61,762 bases of DNA, filler included, from 6 parts of 6 records of this genome joined end to end with filler, not necessarily neighbours in it, one strand, 5' to 3'; shown: positions 19,129 through 30,068, counted from the first letter of the whole stretch. Numbers and translations: made by a program. The notes: a model not told the origin generated them from the sequence alone.

Positions 19129-19608
19129 ATGCGCTGCCCCTATTGTGGCAATGACGATACCCAAGTGAAGGATAGCCGCCCGACAGAAGATTCGGGCGCT
19201 ATCCGCCGCCGCCGTGTCTGCAATGGCTGTGGCGGGCGCTTTACCACCTTTGAGCGGGTGCAGCTTCGCGACCTGACTGTGGTCAAGAAGACTGGCCGCA
19301 AGGTGCCCTTCGACCGCGAAAAGCTGGCGCGCTCGGTCAATACCGCCCTGCGCAAGCGCTCGGTGGAACCTGAAAAGGTCGAGCGCATGATCTCGGGCAT
19401 TGTTCGCCAGCTCGAAAGCCTGGGCGATGTCGAGGTTACCTCCGATCAGATCGGCGAATATGTCATGGAAGGTCTCAAGGGCCTTGATGACGTGGCCTTT
19501 GTGCGCTTTGCTAGCGTTTACAAGAATTTTTCCGCTGCCAACGATTTCCGCTCTTTCCTTGCCGACCTGGAAGAGAGCAGCGCTGGTCTGCCGGAGGATG
19601 ATGTTTGA
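19129..19608 (+). CDS. nrdR: Transcriptional repressor NrdR
   Basis: MRCPYC…VKDSR…RRRRVCNGC zinc ribbon, ATP-cone, VRFASVY. Confidence 0.97.
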   Translation: MRCPYCGNDDTQVKDSRPTEDSGAIRRRRVCNGCGGRFTTFERVQLRDLTVVKKTGRKVPFDREKLARSVNTALRKRSVEPEKVERMISGIVRQLESLGDVEVTSDQIGEYVMEGLKGLDDVAFVRFASVYKNFSAANDFRSFLADLEESSAGLPEDDV

Positions 19609-19733
19609 GCGTGGCCCGACCGCACCCACAAAAGGATTCGTTCATCGCCCCTTGAGGTAGAACTGCCGGACGATCCCCGATTGCGCTACTATCTGCTTCG
19701 CGTCTCCCAGTGACGCGTCCAGGGAGGTAGATC

Positions 19734-20207
19734 ATGGATTCCTACGGTGTGCGATTTCCGCTGCCTGCAGACGCGGGCAGGGGCCTGCGATTCCTCATTG
19801 TTGAGGGGCGGGCCTATCCCGATATTGCCGATGAAATGAAGCGAGGCGCGGTCGCAGCGCTGGAGAAGGCCGGGGCGCTCCATGAAACCATTGCCGTGCC
19901 CAGTGCCATGGAAGTGCCCGTGGCCATGGCAATGGCGATTGAAACCGGACGCTTCGACGGCTATGTGGCGCTGGGCTGTGTTATTCGCGGCCAGACCAAC
20001 CACTATGTGTCGGTGGCCAATGAGAGCATCAGGGCCCTGGCAGAATTGGCCGTTGTTGACGCTTTGCCTCTTGGCATCGGCATTCTGACGGTAGAAAACG
20101 AAGCGCAGGCCCGGATGCGGGCCGATGTGAATGACCAGGATCGGGGCGGGGATGCAGCGCGAGCCGCACTTGTCCTGTCTGATGTGAAAGCGAAACTGAA
20201 CAGCTAG
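19734..20207 (+). CDS. ribH: 6,7-dimethyl-8-ribityllumazine synthase (divergent)
   Basis: VPSAMEVP, ALGCVIRGQTNH and GILTVENEAQA..RA motifs; directly upstream of nusB. Confidence 0.85.
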   Translation: MDSYGVRFPLPADAGRGLRFLIVEGRAYPDIADEMKRGAVAALEKAGALHETIAVPSAMEVPVAMAMAIETGRFDGYVALGCVIRGQTNHYVSVANESIRALAELAVVDALPLGIGILTVENEAQARMRADVNDQDRGGDAARAALVLSDVKAKLNS

Positions 20208-20693
20208 ATGACTGACCATCCCAAACGTGATCCCGGCGCTGCGCGCCCTGCCAACCAGCGTGGCGCTGCCCGCCTGGCAGCCGTCCAGGCGCTCTACCAG
20301 ATGGATATCGGCCGGGCGACGCTCGAAGATACGCTGGCACAGTTTGGCTCGTTCCATCTCGGCCGCGAAATCGAGGGCGAGCAATACCTGCCCGCCGACG
20401 CCGATTTCTTCCGCCAGATCGTCACCGGCGTCGCAAAGCATCAGCTTGAGATCGACCCATCGGTCGACAAGGCCCTGGCCGAAGGCTGGCCTATCGAGCG
20501 CGTCGACGCCACCCTGCGTGCCATTCTGCGTGCCGCCGCATTTGAGTTGCTGCGCCGCAAGGACATCCCGGCGCGCGTTGTCATCACCGAATATGTCGAC
20601 ATTGCCCGCGCCTTTTATGAGGACGATGCATCCGGCCTCGTCAACGCCGCGCTGGATACCATTGCCCGTTCCGCCGGCGTGGACATGAACTGA
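20208..20693 (+). CDS. nusB: Transcription antitermination factor NusB
   Basis: RGAARLAAVQALYQ, VVITEYVDIA and VNAALD motifs. Confidence 0.96.
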   Translation: MTDHPKRDPGAARPANQRGAARLAAVQALYQMDIGRATLEDTLAQFGSFHLGREIEGEQYLPADADFFRQIVTGVAKHQLEIDPSVDKALAEGWPIERVDATLRAILRAAAFELLRRKDIPARVVITEYVDIARAFYEDDASGLVNAALDTIARSAGVDMN

Positions 20694-20762
20694 CCCGATC
20701 GCCATGGACGACTCCGGCAGCGGGGCGCACCGTCCGCCGCCTTCCACCAAGGATGTCCTCCA

Positions 20763-21953
20763 ATGCCTGACAGCCGCAGCCAGTCCATCCGCAATATCGG
20801 CCTGCTCTCAGCGGTCCAGGCCCTTGGTGGCTCCAGCTCCTCGATCATCATGTCGGTAGCGGCTCTGGCGGCCGTGAATTTTGCTCCGGATCCGTCCGCC
20901 GCGACGCTGCCGGTAACAGCCATGATTGTCGGCCTTGCCCTGACCACCTCGACCGCAACCATGCTGATCTATCGTCTGGGCCGCACTCGCGGACTCATGC
21001 TGGGGGCGGCTATCGGCATCCCCGCGTCTGTGGTTGCTACGCTGGCTGTCATACTCGGGCAGTTTTATCTGTTTGCAGCCGGCCTGTTCCTTGTGGGCAT
21101 GTCGGGCGCCTTCATGCAGCAGGTGCGCTTTGCCGCCGCCGATAGTGTTGCTCCCGAGTTCAAGAGCCAGGCAATTTCCTGGGTCATGTTCGGTGGCGTT
21201 GCCGCAGGCTTCCTGGGGCCGCAATTGAGCGCCTTGAGCATAGGTTGGATTCCCGGGGCAGAATATGCCGCCAGCTTCATGGTCATCGGCGTGATCTCGC
21301 TGCTTTCGGTCGTGGTGCTGGCCGGTACCCGCCTGGCCCCGACCCATGCGCCGGGCGCGAATGAGGACAAGGGGCGCCCGCTCTCGGTGCTGCTGCGTCA
21401 GCCGGAGATCGTCCTGCCCATGCTTGGTGGCGCGCTCAGCTATGCGCTAATGACCCTCATCATGGTCGCCGCTCCGTTGGCTATGGTGCATCTATGCGGC
21501 CACTCGCCCACCGAGGCGGCCGGGGCCATTCAATGGCATGTGGTGGCCATGTTTGCGCCAAGCTTTGTCACCGGAGCCATCATCAAGCGCATCGGCGCCA
21601 ACCTGGTCACCGCCATCGGCCTGCTGCTTATCATCGTGTGCGCGGTCATTGCCCTCAATGGCATCACCGTCGCGCATTTCACCGCCACATTGATCCTTTT
21701 GGGTGTGGGCTGGAACTTCGGCTTCATCGGTTCGACAGCCATGCTGGCGACCAGCTATCGACCGCAAGAGGCCGGCCGTGTCCAGGCGGTCAATGAGCAG
21801 GTGGTGTTTGGCTCCAGCGCCATCGCCTCGCTCAGCTCGGGTTTCCTGCTGCAATTTGTGGGCTGGGAATCTATCAACCTGCTGGCCATTCCCGTGGCGA
21901 CACTCACCATCCTGTTGCTGGGCTTCGGTGCCCTGCGTCAGGCGCGCGCCTGA
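20763..21953 (+). CDS. MFS transporter
   Basis: About 12 hydrophobic segments; RFAAAD, QWHVVAMFAPSF and GVGWNFGFIG motifs. Confidence 0.9.
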   Translation: MPDSRSQSIRNIGLLSAVQALGGSSSSIIMSVAALAAVNFAPDPSAATLPVTAMIVGLALTTSTATMLIYRLGRTRGLMLGAAIGIPASVVATLAVILGQFYLFAAGLFLVGMSGAFMQQVRFAAADSVAPEFKSQAISWVMFGGVAAGFLGPQLSALSIGWIPGAEYAASFMVIGVISLLSVVVLAGTRLAPTHAPGANEDKGRPLSVLLRQPEIVLPMLGGALSYALMTLIMVAAPLAMVHLCGHSPTEAAGAIQWHVVAMFAPSFVTGAIIKRIGANLVTAIGLLLIIVCAVIALNGITVAHFTATLILLGVGWNFGFIGSTAMLATSYRPQEAGRVQAVNEQVVFGSSAIASLSSGFLLQFVGWESINLLAIPVATLTILLLGFGALRQARA

Positions 21954-21960
21954 GCCAAAC

Positions 21961-21985
21961 AAAAAGCCCCGGCGAACCGGGGCTT
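21961..21985. terminator. Rho-independent terminator between convergent MFS and bamE
   Basis: AAGCCCCGG-CGAA-CCGGGGCTT stem with a flanking A-tract (U-tract on the minus strand). Confidence 0.8.
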
Positions 21986-22008
21986 CGGACTTTTGCGTTC
22001 AATCGGCC

Positions 22009-22446
22009 TCAGAACGAGGACAGGATCGTGTCGACAAATGTCGCGTCCTCACCGAACGAGGGGGTGCGGCGGGTTTCGATGTTGATCGCCTTGCCATCTT
22101 CGAGCGCGTAGATGGCGCGTTCAATGACCTTCTTGTTCTGATCGAAATAGATCGCCAGAACGGTGCGTTCCTGGATCATGGACATGCCGAACGAGGTCTG
22201 GTTGACCTTCGTTTCCACATAATACCAGGCGGTGCGATCGCCAAATGTACTTGTGGTCTGGGGAGAGCCGAGGACCAGCGTCACCAACTGCTGGCTCTGG
22301 CCGGGCCGGATTTGCTGCAGCGCCGAGTCCGGAATTTCATAGCCCTGGGTTCGCTTGGAGATTAGCGACGTGCTGCTGGTGCAGCCGGCGAGCGCAACGG
22401 CCAGAATGGCCGCGGCAACGGAGGCTTTTGCAATTCGCAGAGGCAT
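22009..22446 (-). CDS. bamE: Outer membrane assembly lipoprotein BamE
   Basis: Lipobox LAGC; SQQLVTLVLGSP…WYY SmpA/OmlA motif; conserved alphaproteobacterial context. Confidence 0.9.
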   Translation of the reverse strand: MPLRIAKASVAAAILAVALAGCTSSTSLISKRTQGYEIPDSALQQIRPGQSQQLVTLVLGSPQTTSTFGDRTAWYYVETKVNQTSFGMSMIQERTVLAIYFDQNKKVIERAIYALEDGKAINIETRRTPSFGEDATFVDTILSSF

Positions 22447-22612
22447 GAATTTGACTTTCCCAATGGCTCTCGACTATAGGCGTGACACTTGGGCGCGTGC
22501 CCATTGGCCGCCGGAATGTGTAGCTGTCAACTTGGCCGTCTGGCAAGCTGGCAATGATCCGGCACCCTGATCTGCCCCGTGTTTGACCGATACCGACGCC
22601 GAGCGCAATCCC

Positions 22613-23140
22613 ATGATCATGTCCTTGTTCCGCAAGAAGAGTGCTACCGAGCCGGTTTACGCCGTTTACAATTCCATTGTGGCGCAATCCCGGCGGCCGG
22701 TCTTCTATGCCCAGTGGGGCGTTCCCGACACCGTCACCGGGCGGTTTGACATGATCAGCCTGCACATGGCGCTGCTGTTCCGTCGCCTGCGCAACGGGCC
22801 TGCAGGTTCGCGGGAGTTCAGCCAGGCAGTGTTCGACCTGTTTTTCAAGGATATGGACCGCTCACTGCGCGAAATGGGGGTGTCGGACCTGGGTGTGCCA
22901 AAAAAGATCCAGAAGATGGGCAATATCTTCTTCGGCCTGCTCGCCGCAATGAACGAAGCCATGGATCGCAATGACGTCGATGCGCTCGCCGGCGTATTGG
23001 CGCGCAATGTCTTTGATGGCAAGGATACGCCGCAGCTGCGGGCACTGGCCGATTACGTCGTCGCCCGTGACGCGGAACTGGCGACCCAGCCCATAGAAGC
23101 GATCACCGCCGGGTCGGTCCGCTTCGAGGCCGCCGCATGA
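22613..23140 (+). CDS. Ubiquinol-cytochrome c chaperone (Cbp3-like)
   Basis: GVPDTVTGRFDMISLH and FFKDMDRSLREMGVSDLGVPKKI motifs. Confidence 0.88.
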   Translation: MIMSLFRKKSATEPVYAVYNSIVAQSRRPVFYAQWGVPDTVTGRFDMISLHMALLFRRLRNGPAGSREFSQAVFDLFFKDMDRSLREMGVSDLGVPKKIQKMGNIFFGLLAAMNEAMDRNDVDALAGVLARNVFDGKDTPQLRALADYVVARDAELATQPIEAITAGSVRFEAAA

Positions 23141-23688
23141 CCCGCCTTGAAGAGCCCATTTTCGATGCCGTCGTCAGGATCGATAAATTGCCGGCCGGCG
23201 GCCGCTCGATTGCCGTCGACGCGGACGAAACAGCGCGCCAGGCCATTGCCGAGGCCATGAACATCCTCTCCGTGGAGCGGTTCAAGGCGAGCCTGACGGT
23301 CACGCCGTTGCGGGGGGGGCTCCGCGCGCTGGGACATCTCGAGGCCGACGCCACCCAGGCTTCTGTCGTCAGTTTCGAGCCCGTTGCCGAGACCATTTCC
23401 GAAGACATCGACCGCGTTTTCCTGCCGGCGCAGCGTGAAAAGCAGGCCCCCGCCGCGGGCGCCGAAATTTACGTCGACCTTGAAAATGACGACTTTCCGG
23501 ATCACATCGACGGACCCGAGGTCGACCTGAGTTCGCTCCTGCTCGAAACCTTGGCGCTGGCGCTCGATCCTTATCCGCGTCTTCCGGGAGAATCCCTTGA
23601 GTCTCTGGGCGTTTCCACCGGAGATGAGGAGGAGGGGCCCTTTGCCAAACTGGCCCGCCTAAAGGGTGAGGGTGGAGACAAGAAATGA
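23137..23688 (+). CDS. DUF177/YceD-family protein
   Basis: LALALDPYPR and PFAKLARLK motifs; upstream of plsX. Confidence 0.88.
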   Translation: MTRLEEPIFDAVVRIDKLPAGGRSIAVDADETARQAIAEAMNILSVERFKASLTVTPLRGGLRALGHLEADATQASVVSFEPVAETISEDIDRVFLPAQREKQAPAAGAEIYVDLENDDFPDHIDGPEVDLSSLLLETLALALDPYPRLPGESLESLGVSTGDEEEGPFAKLARLKGEGGDKK

Positions 23689-23772
23689 GGCCTTGCCCTT
23701 CCAGGGCTTGCGCCGACCCGTTGATGGGATATGTTTGCTTGCCCGCCAAAGCGGGCCGAAAAACGGGCTGAA

Positions 23773-24843
23773 ATGACCGATTCTATTACGATTTCCGTGG
23801 ATGCCATGGGCGGCGATCACGCTCCGCGTGCCGTTATTCATGGCGCTCACCTGGCCCTCAAGGAGCGCAAGAATACGCGCTTTATCTTTCATGGCCTGAA
23901 AGAGCAGATCGACCCCCTGCTTGAAGAATTCCCGGCCCTCAAGCCGGTTTCCACCGTCAGGCATTGCGAGACCGTGATTGCCATGGATGAGAAGCCGAGC
24001 CAGGCCCTGCGCAAAGGCAAAGGCACCTCGTCCATGTGGATGGCCATCCAGGCCGTCAAGGACAAGGAAGCCGATGTCGCCATTTCCGGTGGCAATACCG
24101 GCGCCCTGATGGCGATGGCCACGTTCTGCCTGCGGCCGATGAAGGGCATTTCACGCCCCGGCATTGCTGCGATCTGGCCGACCCTGCGCTCCGATATCAT
24201 CGTGCTCGATATGGGCGCCACCATCGGTGCCGATGCTCAGCAACTGGTGGACTACACCATTCTCGGTTCGGCATTGGCTCGGGCCCTGTTCGATTCCGAA
24301 TCGCCCACGGTCGGCTTGCTCAATGTCGGCACCGAGGAAGTGAAGGGGCTCGACTATATCAAGGAAGCCGGCAAAATTCTCTCCGAAGCGAGCGGCGCCG
24401 GCTTTACCTATCACGGCTTTGTCGAAGGCGATGACATCGGCAAGGGCACGGTGGACGTCGTCGTCACCGAAGGCTTCGTGGGCAATATTGCGCTCAAGAC
24501 CGCAGAAGGCACGGCCCGTCAGGTTGCGACCTATCTGCGCCAGTCGCTCAAGGCGACATTGATGAGCCGCATCGGCGCCCTGTTCGCGTCATCGGCCCTC
24601 AATGCCCTGCGCCGCAAGATGGATCCGCGCACCGTCAATGGTGGCGTGTTCATGGGTCTTAATGGCATTGTCATCAAATCCCATGGTGGCACCGACGAGA
24701 TCGGCTACAAGAGTGCGCTCGGCCTGTCCTACGAGATGGCGCGCAGCCGCCTGATGGACAAGATTGGCGACACCATGCATCGTTTTCCCATCCACAAGGC
24801 AGACCCCAACCTGCCAACCGAGACCGAGGCCAAATCGGCGTGA
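23773..24843 (+). CDS. plsX: Phosphate acyltransferase PlsX
   Basis: [37 protein letters not shown] and IKSHGG motifs. Confidence 0.96.
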   Translation: MTDSITISVDAMGGDHAPRAVIHGAHLALKERKNTRFIFHGLKEQIDPLLEEFPALKPVSTVRHCETVIAMDEKPSQALRKGKGTSSMWMAIQAVKDKEADVAISGGNTGALMAMATFCLRPMKGISRPGIAAIWPTLRSDIIVLDMGATIGADAQQLVDYTILGSALARALFDSESPTVGLLNVGTEEVKGLDYIKEAGKILSEASGAGFTYHGFVEGDDIGKGTVDVVVTEGFVGNIALKTAEGTARQVATYLRQSLKATLMSRIGALFASSALNALRRKMDPRTVNGGVFMGLNGIVIKSHGGTDEIGYKSALGLSYEMARSRLMDKIGDTMHRFPIHKADPNLPTETEAKSA

Positions 24844-25820
24844 CCAGCTCAATCCGTTCCGTCATTCGTGGAGTTGGCAGCTATTTGCCAGCCAGGACCG
24901 TCACCAATGAAGAATTGGCCAAAACCGTCGATACGTCCGATGAGTGGATTCAGCAGCGTGTCGGCATCAAGGAACGCCATATAGCCGCCGAGGGCGAGTT
25001 CACCTCCGACCTTGCCGCGGCCGCAGCGCGCGCAGCGCTCGACAATGCCGGCTTTGCCATCGAGGACATCGACCTTATCATCGTGGCAACCACCACGCCT
25101 GACTATACCTTCCCCAGCGCTGCAACGCTGGTGCAGATGAAGTTGGGCATGCATCACGGCTTTGCCTTCGACATCCAGGCGGTCTGCTCCGGCTTCGTCT
25201 ATGCCGTGGCCACAGCCGACAGCTATATCAAGAACGGCATGGCCCGCCGGGTGCTGGTTATTGGCGCCGAGACCTTTTCGCGCCTGCTCGACTGGACGGA
25301 CCGCACCACCTGCGTACTGTTCGGCGATGGGGCTGGCGCAGTGATCATGGAACGCGTCGATCTGGTCGAAGGTGAGCCCGAACGTGGCGTGCTCAGTTCG
25401 GCCCTGCGCTCAGACGGCCGCCATTGGGACAAGCTTTATGTCGATGGCGGACCCTCGACCACGGGCACGACTGGCCACGTGCACATGCAAGGGCCGGAAG
25501 TCTTCCGCCATGCCGTGGGCAAGATTACCGATGTTGTCTACGCCACGCTCGAGCAATCCGGTTACACCGTGGACGATCTCGACTGGTTCGTGCCGCACCA
25601 GGCCAACAAGCGCATAATCGATGGGGCAGGGGCCAAGCTCGGCCTGCCGTCCGAAAAGGTCATTGTCACTGTCGATGTGCACGCCAACACATCCGCCGCC
25701 TCCGTGCCGTTGGCGTTGAGCGTCGCCGTTGCCGACGGGCGCATCAAACAGGGCGATCTGGTCATGCTCGAGGCCATGGGTGGCGGCTTCACCTGGGGCG
25801 CCTCACTCATTCGCTGGTAG
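24840..25820 (+). CDS. fabH: 3-oxoacyl-ACP synthase III
   Basis: AVCSGF (Cys), [22 protein letters not shown] and GGGFTWG motifs. Confidence 0.97.
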   Translation: MTSSIRSVIRGVGSYLPARTVTNEELAKTVDTSDEWIQQRVGIKERHIAAEGEFTSDLAAAAARAALDNAGFAIEDIDLIIVATTTPDYTFPSAATLVQMKLGMHHGFAFDIQAVCSGFVYAVATADSYIKNGMARRVLVIGAETFSRLLDWTDRTTCVLFGDGAGAVIMERVDLVEGEPERGVLSSALRSDGRHWDKLYVDGGPSTTGTTGHVHMQGPEVFRHAVGKITDVVYATLEQSGYTVDDLDWFVPHQANKRIIDGAGAKLGLPSEKVIVTVDVHANTSAASVPLALSVAVADGRIKQGDLVMLEAMGGGFTWGASLIRW

Positions 25821-26043
25821 ACAAGTTAACCGCATTGACCTCAAGCGTTTCAAGGCGTTAGTGTTCTTCCCGGGTGGAGGAAACCGGCGCTGACGCAAAC
25901 GACGAGCTCGTGCGGCGGCGTCATTCTGGGGAAGGAATCCCGTACGGAGATGCGGCCCGCGCGGTTGCATTGATGTCTTGTGGCGCGGCTATGCCATGTC
26001 GCTTGCGAGGGAATTCCGGACCCGCTGCAACTTGGGGGCGCGA

Positions 26044-26355
26044 ATGACGCAGAAGACGGTGACGCGGGCAGATCTTGCCGAAGCGGTCTATGGCTCGGTC
26101 GGGCTCTCACGAACAGAGTCAGCGGAACTGGTGGAGCGTGTCCTCGAACTGATATCGGACGCCCTTGTAACCGGATCTAACGTCAAGCTCTCCTCCTTCG
26201 GTTCCTTCCAGGTCCGTTCCAAGAATGAACGGATCGGCCGGAATCCCAAGACCGGCGAGGAGGTCCCCATCCTGCCCCGGCAGGTTCTTGTGTTCAAACC
26301 CTCCAATGTGTTGAAGTCCAAGATCAACAAGTCTATGGTCGGCGCTGGAAAGTAA
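26044..26355 (+). CDS. ihfA: Integration host factor alpha subunit
   Basis: [20 protein letters not shown] and [14 protein letters not shown]; fabH-ihfA-merR order. Confidence 0.95.
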   Translation: MTQKTVTRADLAEAVYGSVGLSRTESAELVERVLELISDALVTGSNVKLSSFGSFQVRSKNERIGRNPKTGEEVPILPRQVLVFKPSNVLKSKINKSMVGAGK

Positions 26356-26460
26356 GGCTTTTACGCGCCTGGTCGAAGAGCATTCTGGTTCTCCGAAAGG
26401 CCCGGCTGGTAAGGGCGAAACTGCAACAAGCGCGTTGCCGTGGGCAGGGAGAATCGCGGT

Positions 26461-26916
26461 TTGGACAAGTCGCCAGACGCGTTCCGTACCATCTCTGAAG
26501 CTGCTGAAGAGCTCGATCTCCCGCAGCACGTATTGCGATTCTGGGAAACCCGTTTCAATACTATCAAGCCGCTCAAGCGTGGCGGCGGGCGGCGTTATTA
26601 CCGCCCCGAAGACGTGATGCTGCTGCGCGGCATTCGCCACCTGCTTTACGATCAGGGTTTCACCATCAAGGGCGTGCAAAAGATCCTCAAGGATCAGGGC
26701 GCGCGCTACGTCATCGCCGTTGGCGAGGGCAAGGGGCTCGACGAAATCCTGCCCATGATTGAGCAGGCGGAAGCTGCGGGCGATGAGGCCGAGTTGGAAG
26801 ACGCCCAGATGCTGGCCAGCCCCGCGCTCGACCAGGAGTCACGCGACAAGCTCTCCGAGGTGCTGCGCGAACTGCTCGAATGCAAGCGGCTTCTGGAGCG
26901 CGCGCGCGAGCATTGA
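26461..26916 (+). CDS. MerR-family HTH transcriptional regulator
   Basis: [12 protein letters not shown]…HVLRFWE…RRYYRPED…GFTIKG; TTG start. Confidence 0.92.
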   Translation: MDKSPDAFRTISEAAEELDLPQHVLRFWETRFNTIKPLKRGGGRRYYRPEDVMLLRGIRHLLYDQGFTIKGVQKILKDQGARYVIAVGEGKGLDEILPMIEQAEAAGDEAELEDAQMLASPALDQESRDKLSEVLRELLECKRLLERAREH

Positions 26917-26952
26917 GAGCTCTGGAATTCCTGTTTCGCATCTCCTGAAAAT

Positions 26953-26966
26953 AGACTATTTATTCC
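26953..26966. promoter_or_regulatory. Candidate IolR-type operator upstream of iolG
   Basis: Minus strand GGAA-TAAATA-GTCT partially matches the rhizobial IolR GGAA-N6-TTCC pattern. Confidence 0.3.
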
Positions 26967-27015
26967 GCCGGTTCGGGCCGATGTCGGGCCCATAGATTGC
27001 TGGAGTGTGTTCTCG

Positions 27016-28053
27016 ATGACCATTCGTTTTGGCCTGCTCGGCGCGGGTCGTATTGGAAAAGTGCATGCTGCGGCCGTCTCTTCGAATGGGCGGGCCGAAC
27101 TGGTCGCTGTGGCCGATGCCATGCCGGACGCGGCGTCGGCACTCGCCGGGCAATACGGCGCTCAGGTTCGCACCATCGAAGCCATCGAAACGGCGTTGGA
27201 CATTGATGCAGTGATTATCTGTACGCCCACCGACACTCATGCCGACCTGATCGAACGCTTCGCCCGGGCCGGCAAGGCCATCTTCTGCGAAAAGCCCATT
27301 GATCTCGACGTCGAGCGGGTCAAGGCCTGTCTCCGGGTCGTCGATGAAACCGACGCGACGCTGATGGTCGGGTTCAACCGGCGCTTCGATCCGCACTTCC
27401 AGGCCGTGAAGAAGGCCATTGCCGAGGGCCAGATCGGTGCGGTTGAGATGGTCACCATCATCTCGCGCGATCCCGGTGCGCCCCCGGCCGACTATGTGAA
27501 GCGCTCCGGTGGCATTTTCCGCGACATGACCATCCACGATTTCGACATGGCCCGCTTCCTGCTCGGCGAGGAAATCGAGACTGTGTCCGCCCAGGCCTCG
27601 GTTCTCGTGGACAAGGCCATCGGCGAGGCCGGCGATTTCGACAGCGCATCGATCATGCTGGCGACCGCATCGGGCAAGCATGCGACCATTTCGAACTCGC
27701 GCCGCGCGACCTATGGCTACGACCAGCGCATCGAAGTCCATGGTTCCAAGGGTGCCGTTGCGGCCGAGAACCAGCGTCCGGTTTCCATCGAGATTGCCAA
27801 TGCCGATGGCTATACCAGGCCGCCGCTGCATGACTTCTTCATGACCCGCTATACCGAGGCTTATGCTCGGGAAATCAGTCACTTCATCGACTGTGTGGAA
27901 TCAAAATCTCCGGCCGCGCCGAGCGGTGCAGACGGGCTCATCGCTCTCGCTCTGGCAGAGGCAGCATTGCAATCGGTGGCCGAGGGCCGGGCTGTCAAGG
28001 TCAGCGAGATTACCGGCCCACTAGCAGACCGGTCCGTGTTTCAGGGGCGGTAG
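27016..28053 (+). CDS. iolG: myo-inositol 2-dehydrogenase
   Basis: GAGRIG, CEKP, GFNRRFD, DMTIHDFD and YGYDQRIEV motifs; iolB and iolE nearby. Confidence 0.93.
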   Translation: MTIRFGLLGAGRIGKVHAAAVSSNGRAELVAVADAMPDAASALAGQYGAQVRTIEAIETALDIDAVIICTPTDTHADLIERFARAGKAIFCEKPIDLDVERVKACLRVVDETDATLMVGFNRRFDPHFQAVKKAIAEGQIGAVEMVTIISRDPGAPPADYVKRSGGIFRDMTIHDFDMARFLLGEEIETVSAQASVLVDKAIGEAGDFDSASIMLATASGKHATISNSRRATYGYDQRIEVHGSKGAVAAENQRPVSIEIANADGYTRPPLHDFFMTRYTEAYAREISHFIDCVESKSPAAPSGADGLIALALAEAALQSVAEGRAVKVSEITGPLADRSVFQGR

Positions 28054-28118
28054 GCCGTCGGCCTTGCGGTCATCCGCTGACCTGCCTAGTCTTTGCTGTC
28101 CAGACACGGGAGCGTCAA

Positions 28119-28490
28119 ATGCAACTCGGTGCCTTTTCCGTCAGCCTTGCCGTCAAGGATATCGCCGCCTCGCGCAGCTTTTATGAGAAGCTTGGTTTCT
28201 CGGCGATCATGGGCGAGGAGGCGCAAAACTGGCTCATCATGAAAAATGGTGACCATGTGATCGGCCTGTTTCAGGGCATGTTCGACAAGAACATCCTGAC
28301 GTTCAATCCGGGCTGGAATGCCGATTCCGAGCAATTGCCGGACTTTACGGACATCCGCATGATCCAGCAGTCGCTCAAGTCAGGCGGAATCGAAGTCGGC
28401 ACCGAGATTGACCCGCAGTCGTCCGGGCCGGCGAATTTTTCGATTACCGACCCGGATGGCAATGTCATCTTGTTCGACCAGCACGTCTGA
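28119..28490 (+). CDS. VOC/glyoxalase-family protein
   Basis: SLAVKDIAASRSFYEKLGF and DPDGNVILFDQH motifs. Confidence 0.88.
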   Translation: MQLGAFSVSLAVKDIAASRSFYEKLGFSAIMGEEAQNWLIMKNGDHVIGLFQGMFDKNILTFNPGWNADSEQLPDFTDIRMIQQSLKSGGIEVGTEIDPQSSGPANFSITDPDGNVILFDQHV

Positions 28491-28499
28491 GCGACGTCG

Positions 28500-29300
28500 C
28501 TATTTCAGCATCCATTCGTGCTCGGGCGCATTGTGGAACTTCCACACGCGCTTGGGGCCCGCCATGACGTTGAGATAGTAGAGGTCATAGCCCGCAGTCG
28601 TCGCCACCGGGTGATAGCCGCGCGGCACCAGGGTCACGTCCCCATCCTCGATTGCCATGGCTTCGTCGAGGCTTCGGTCATCTGTGTAAACGCGCTGGAA
28701 GGCGAAGCCCTGCGGCGGGTTCATGCGGTGATAATAGGTCTCTTCCAACTGACTTTCATGCGGGAGATTGTCCTGGTCATGCTTGTGCGGCGGGTAGGAT
28801 GAGGTGTTTCCCTCGGGCGTGATGACCTCCACCACCAGCAGCGCATGTGCCGCGCCATCATCCTCGGGCATGATATTATGGACATGCCGCACATTGGCGC
28901 CTGTGCCGCGCGTGACACGCGGATGCGTGCCGGGCGGAATCACCCTGGCATGATAGTCTCCGCCACCCGGCGCCGAGCAGACGGCCAGTTCCAGATCCGT
29001 CGTCGCATCAACCGCCCAATGCCGGCCCGCAGGCACGTAAAGTGCGTGCGGCGCACCCTCGAAGGGGCTCATGCGGTCCCCTAGTTCGCCGAAGTCCTCG
29101 CCATCGACGGCAAAGCGGCCCTTGCCGCTGACCAGAACCAGGCAAACCTCGCGCTCGCCGGTTTCCTCACCATAGGCTTGGCCCGGCACCAGCTTATGCA
29201 GGCCGAAACCGACATGGGTCCAGTCGGCCGAAGCCGGCGTGACGTCATGGATCCTGCCGGTCTTGCTCGTCGGCCGGACGAGGAGGGGGGACTTGCTCAT
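28500..29300 (-). CDS. iolB: 5-deoxy-glucuronate isomerase
   Basis: SSYPPHKHD, LEETYYHR, GFAFQRVY, GYHP and YYLNVMAG motifs; GGAGGAG RBS. Confidence 0.95.
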   Translation of the reverse strand: MSKSPLLVRPTSKTGRIHDVTPASADWTHVGFGLHKLVPGQAYGEETGEREVCLVLVSGKGRFAVDGEDFGELGDRMSPFEGAPHALYVPAGRHWAVDATTDLELAVCSAPGGGDYHARVIPPGTHPRVTRGTGANVRHVHNIMPEDDGAAHALLVVEVITPEGNTSSYPPHKHDQDNLPHESQLEETYYHRMNPPQGFAFQRVYTDDRSLDEAMAIEDGDVTLVPRGYHPVATTAGYDLYYLNVMAGPKRVWKFHNAPEHEWMLK

Positions 29301-29496
29301 TTTCATTCTCCTCCTTGGGAAACTTGTAAAAGAAGTTCCAGCCCACATAGGCCAGCGCCGCGCCAACGAGAACGGCCCAGAACATGTCCTGGGTGAACAG
29401 CAGTTCCCAGCCCAGCCAGAGCGCCAGGAACACGGCGACCGCCACGCGCCGCCACATCGGGCGGAACCATTTGAGATCGTTTTCTTTCAGTGCCAA
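29245..29496 (-). CDS. Small membrane protein (DUF3329-like)
   Basis: WFRPMWRRVAV followed by two TM helices; located between iolE and iolB. Confidence 0.65.
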   Translation of the reverse strand: MALKENDLKWFRPMWRRVAVAVFLALWLGWELLFTQDMFWAVLVGAALAYVGWNFFYKFPKEENENEQVPPPRPADEQDRQDP

Positions 29497-29553
29497 TTCC
29501 GCCTCCCGGTTGATTCAGTTCGGCAAGGCTTTAGCACAGGCCCTTCGAAAGAC

Positions 29554-29966
29554 TCACCCTTTTGGAAAGCCCTGTGTCTCTACGGTGTAACCGGCGGCCG
29601 CCATTACGCGCATCAGTTCGGCATGCCCAACCTGGGCCATTTTGAGCGGTGGGTTCTGTACCGGATCCTGCTCGGCCTCGACCACGAACCAGCCTTCATA
29701 ACCATGATCGGCCAGCCGCTGCACGATGGCGCCAAAATCAAGCGACCCATCACCCGGCACGGTGAAAGCCCCAAGCGCCACCGCATCGAGAAAACTCTGC
29801 TGGCTGCGATCCAGCCCATCCACCACCGCCTGGCGGATATCCTTGACATGCACATGGTTGATCCGCGTGTGATGCCTGTCGATGGCCCGTAGGACGTCGC
29901 CACCGGCAAATACCAGATGCCCTGCGTCGAGCAGGAGTGGAATGCCCGGCCCGGACGCCGCCATGA
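29554..29966 (-). CDS. iolE: myo-inosose-2 dehydratase (partial, 5' truncated)
   Basis: LLLDAGH, HVHVKDIR, FTVPGDG and WFVVEAEQDP motifs. Confidence 0.93.
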
Positions 29967-30066
29967 NNNNNNNNNNNNNNNNNNNNNNNNNNNNNNNNNN
30001 NNNNNNNNNNTTAATTAATTAANNNNNNNNNNNNNNNNNNNNNNNNNNNNNNNNNNNNNNNNNNNN
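29967..30066. other. Artificial contig spacer
   Basis: N44-TTAATTAATTAA-N44. Confidence 0.97.
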
Positions 30067-30068
30067 TC

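Noticed and set aside
26917-27015. tRNA-Pro often found after ihfA-merR in alphaproteobacteria
   Set aside because: No cloverleaf or T-loop motif visible here.
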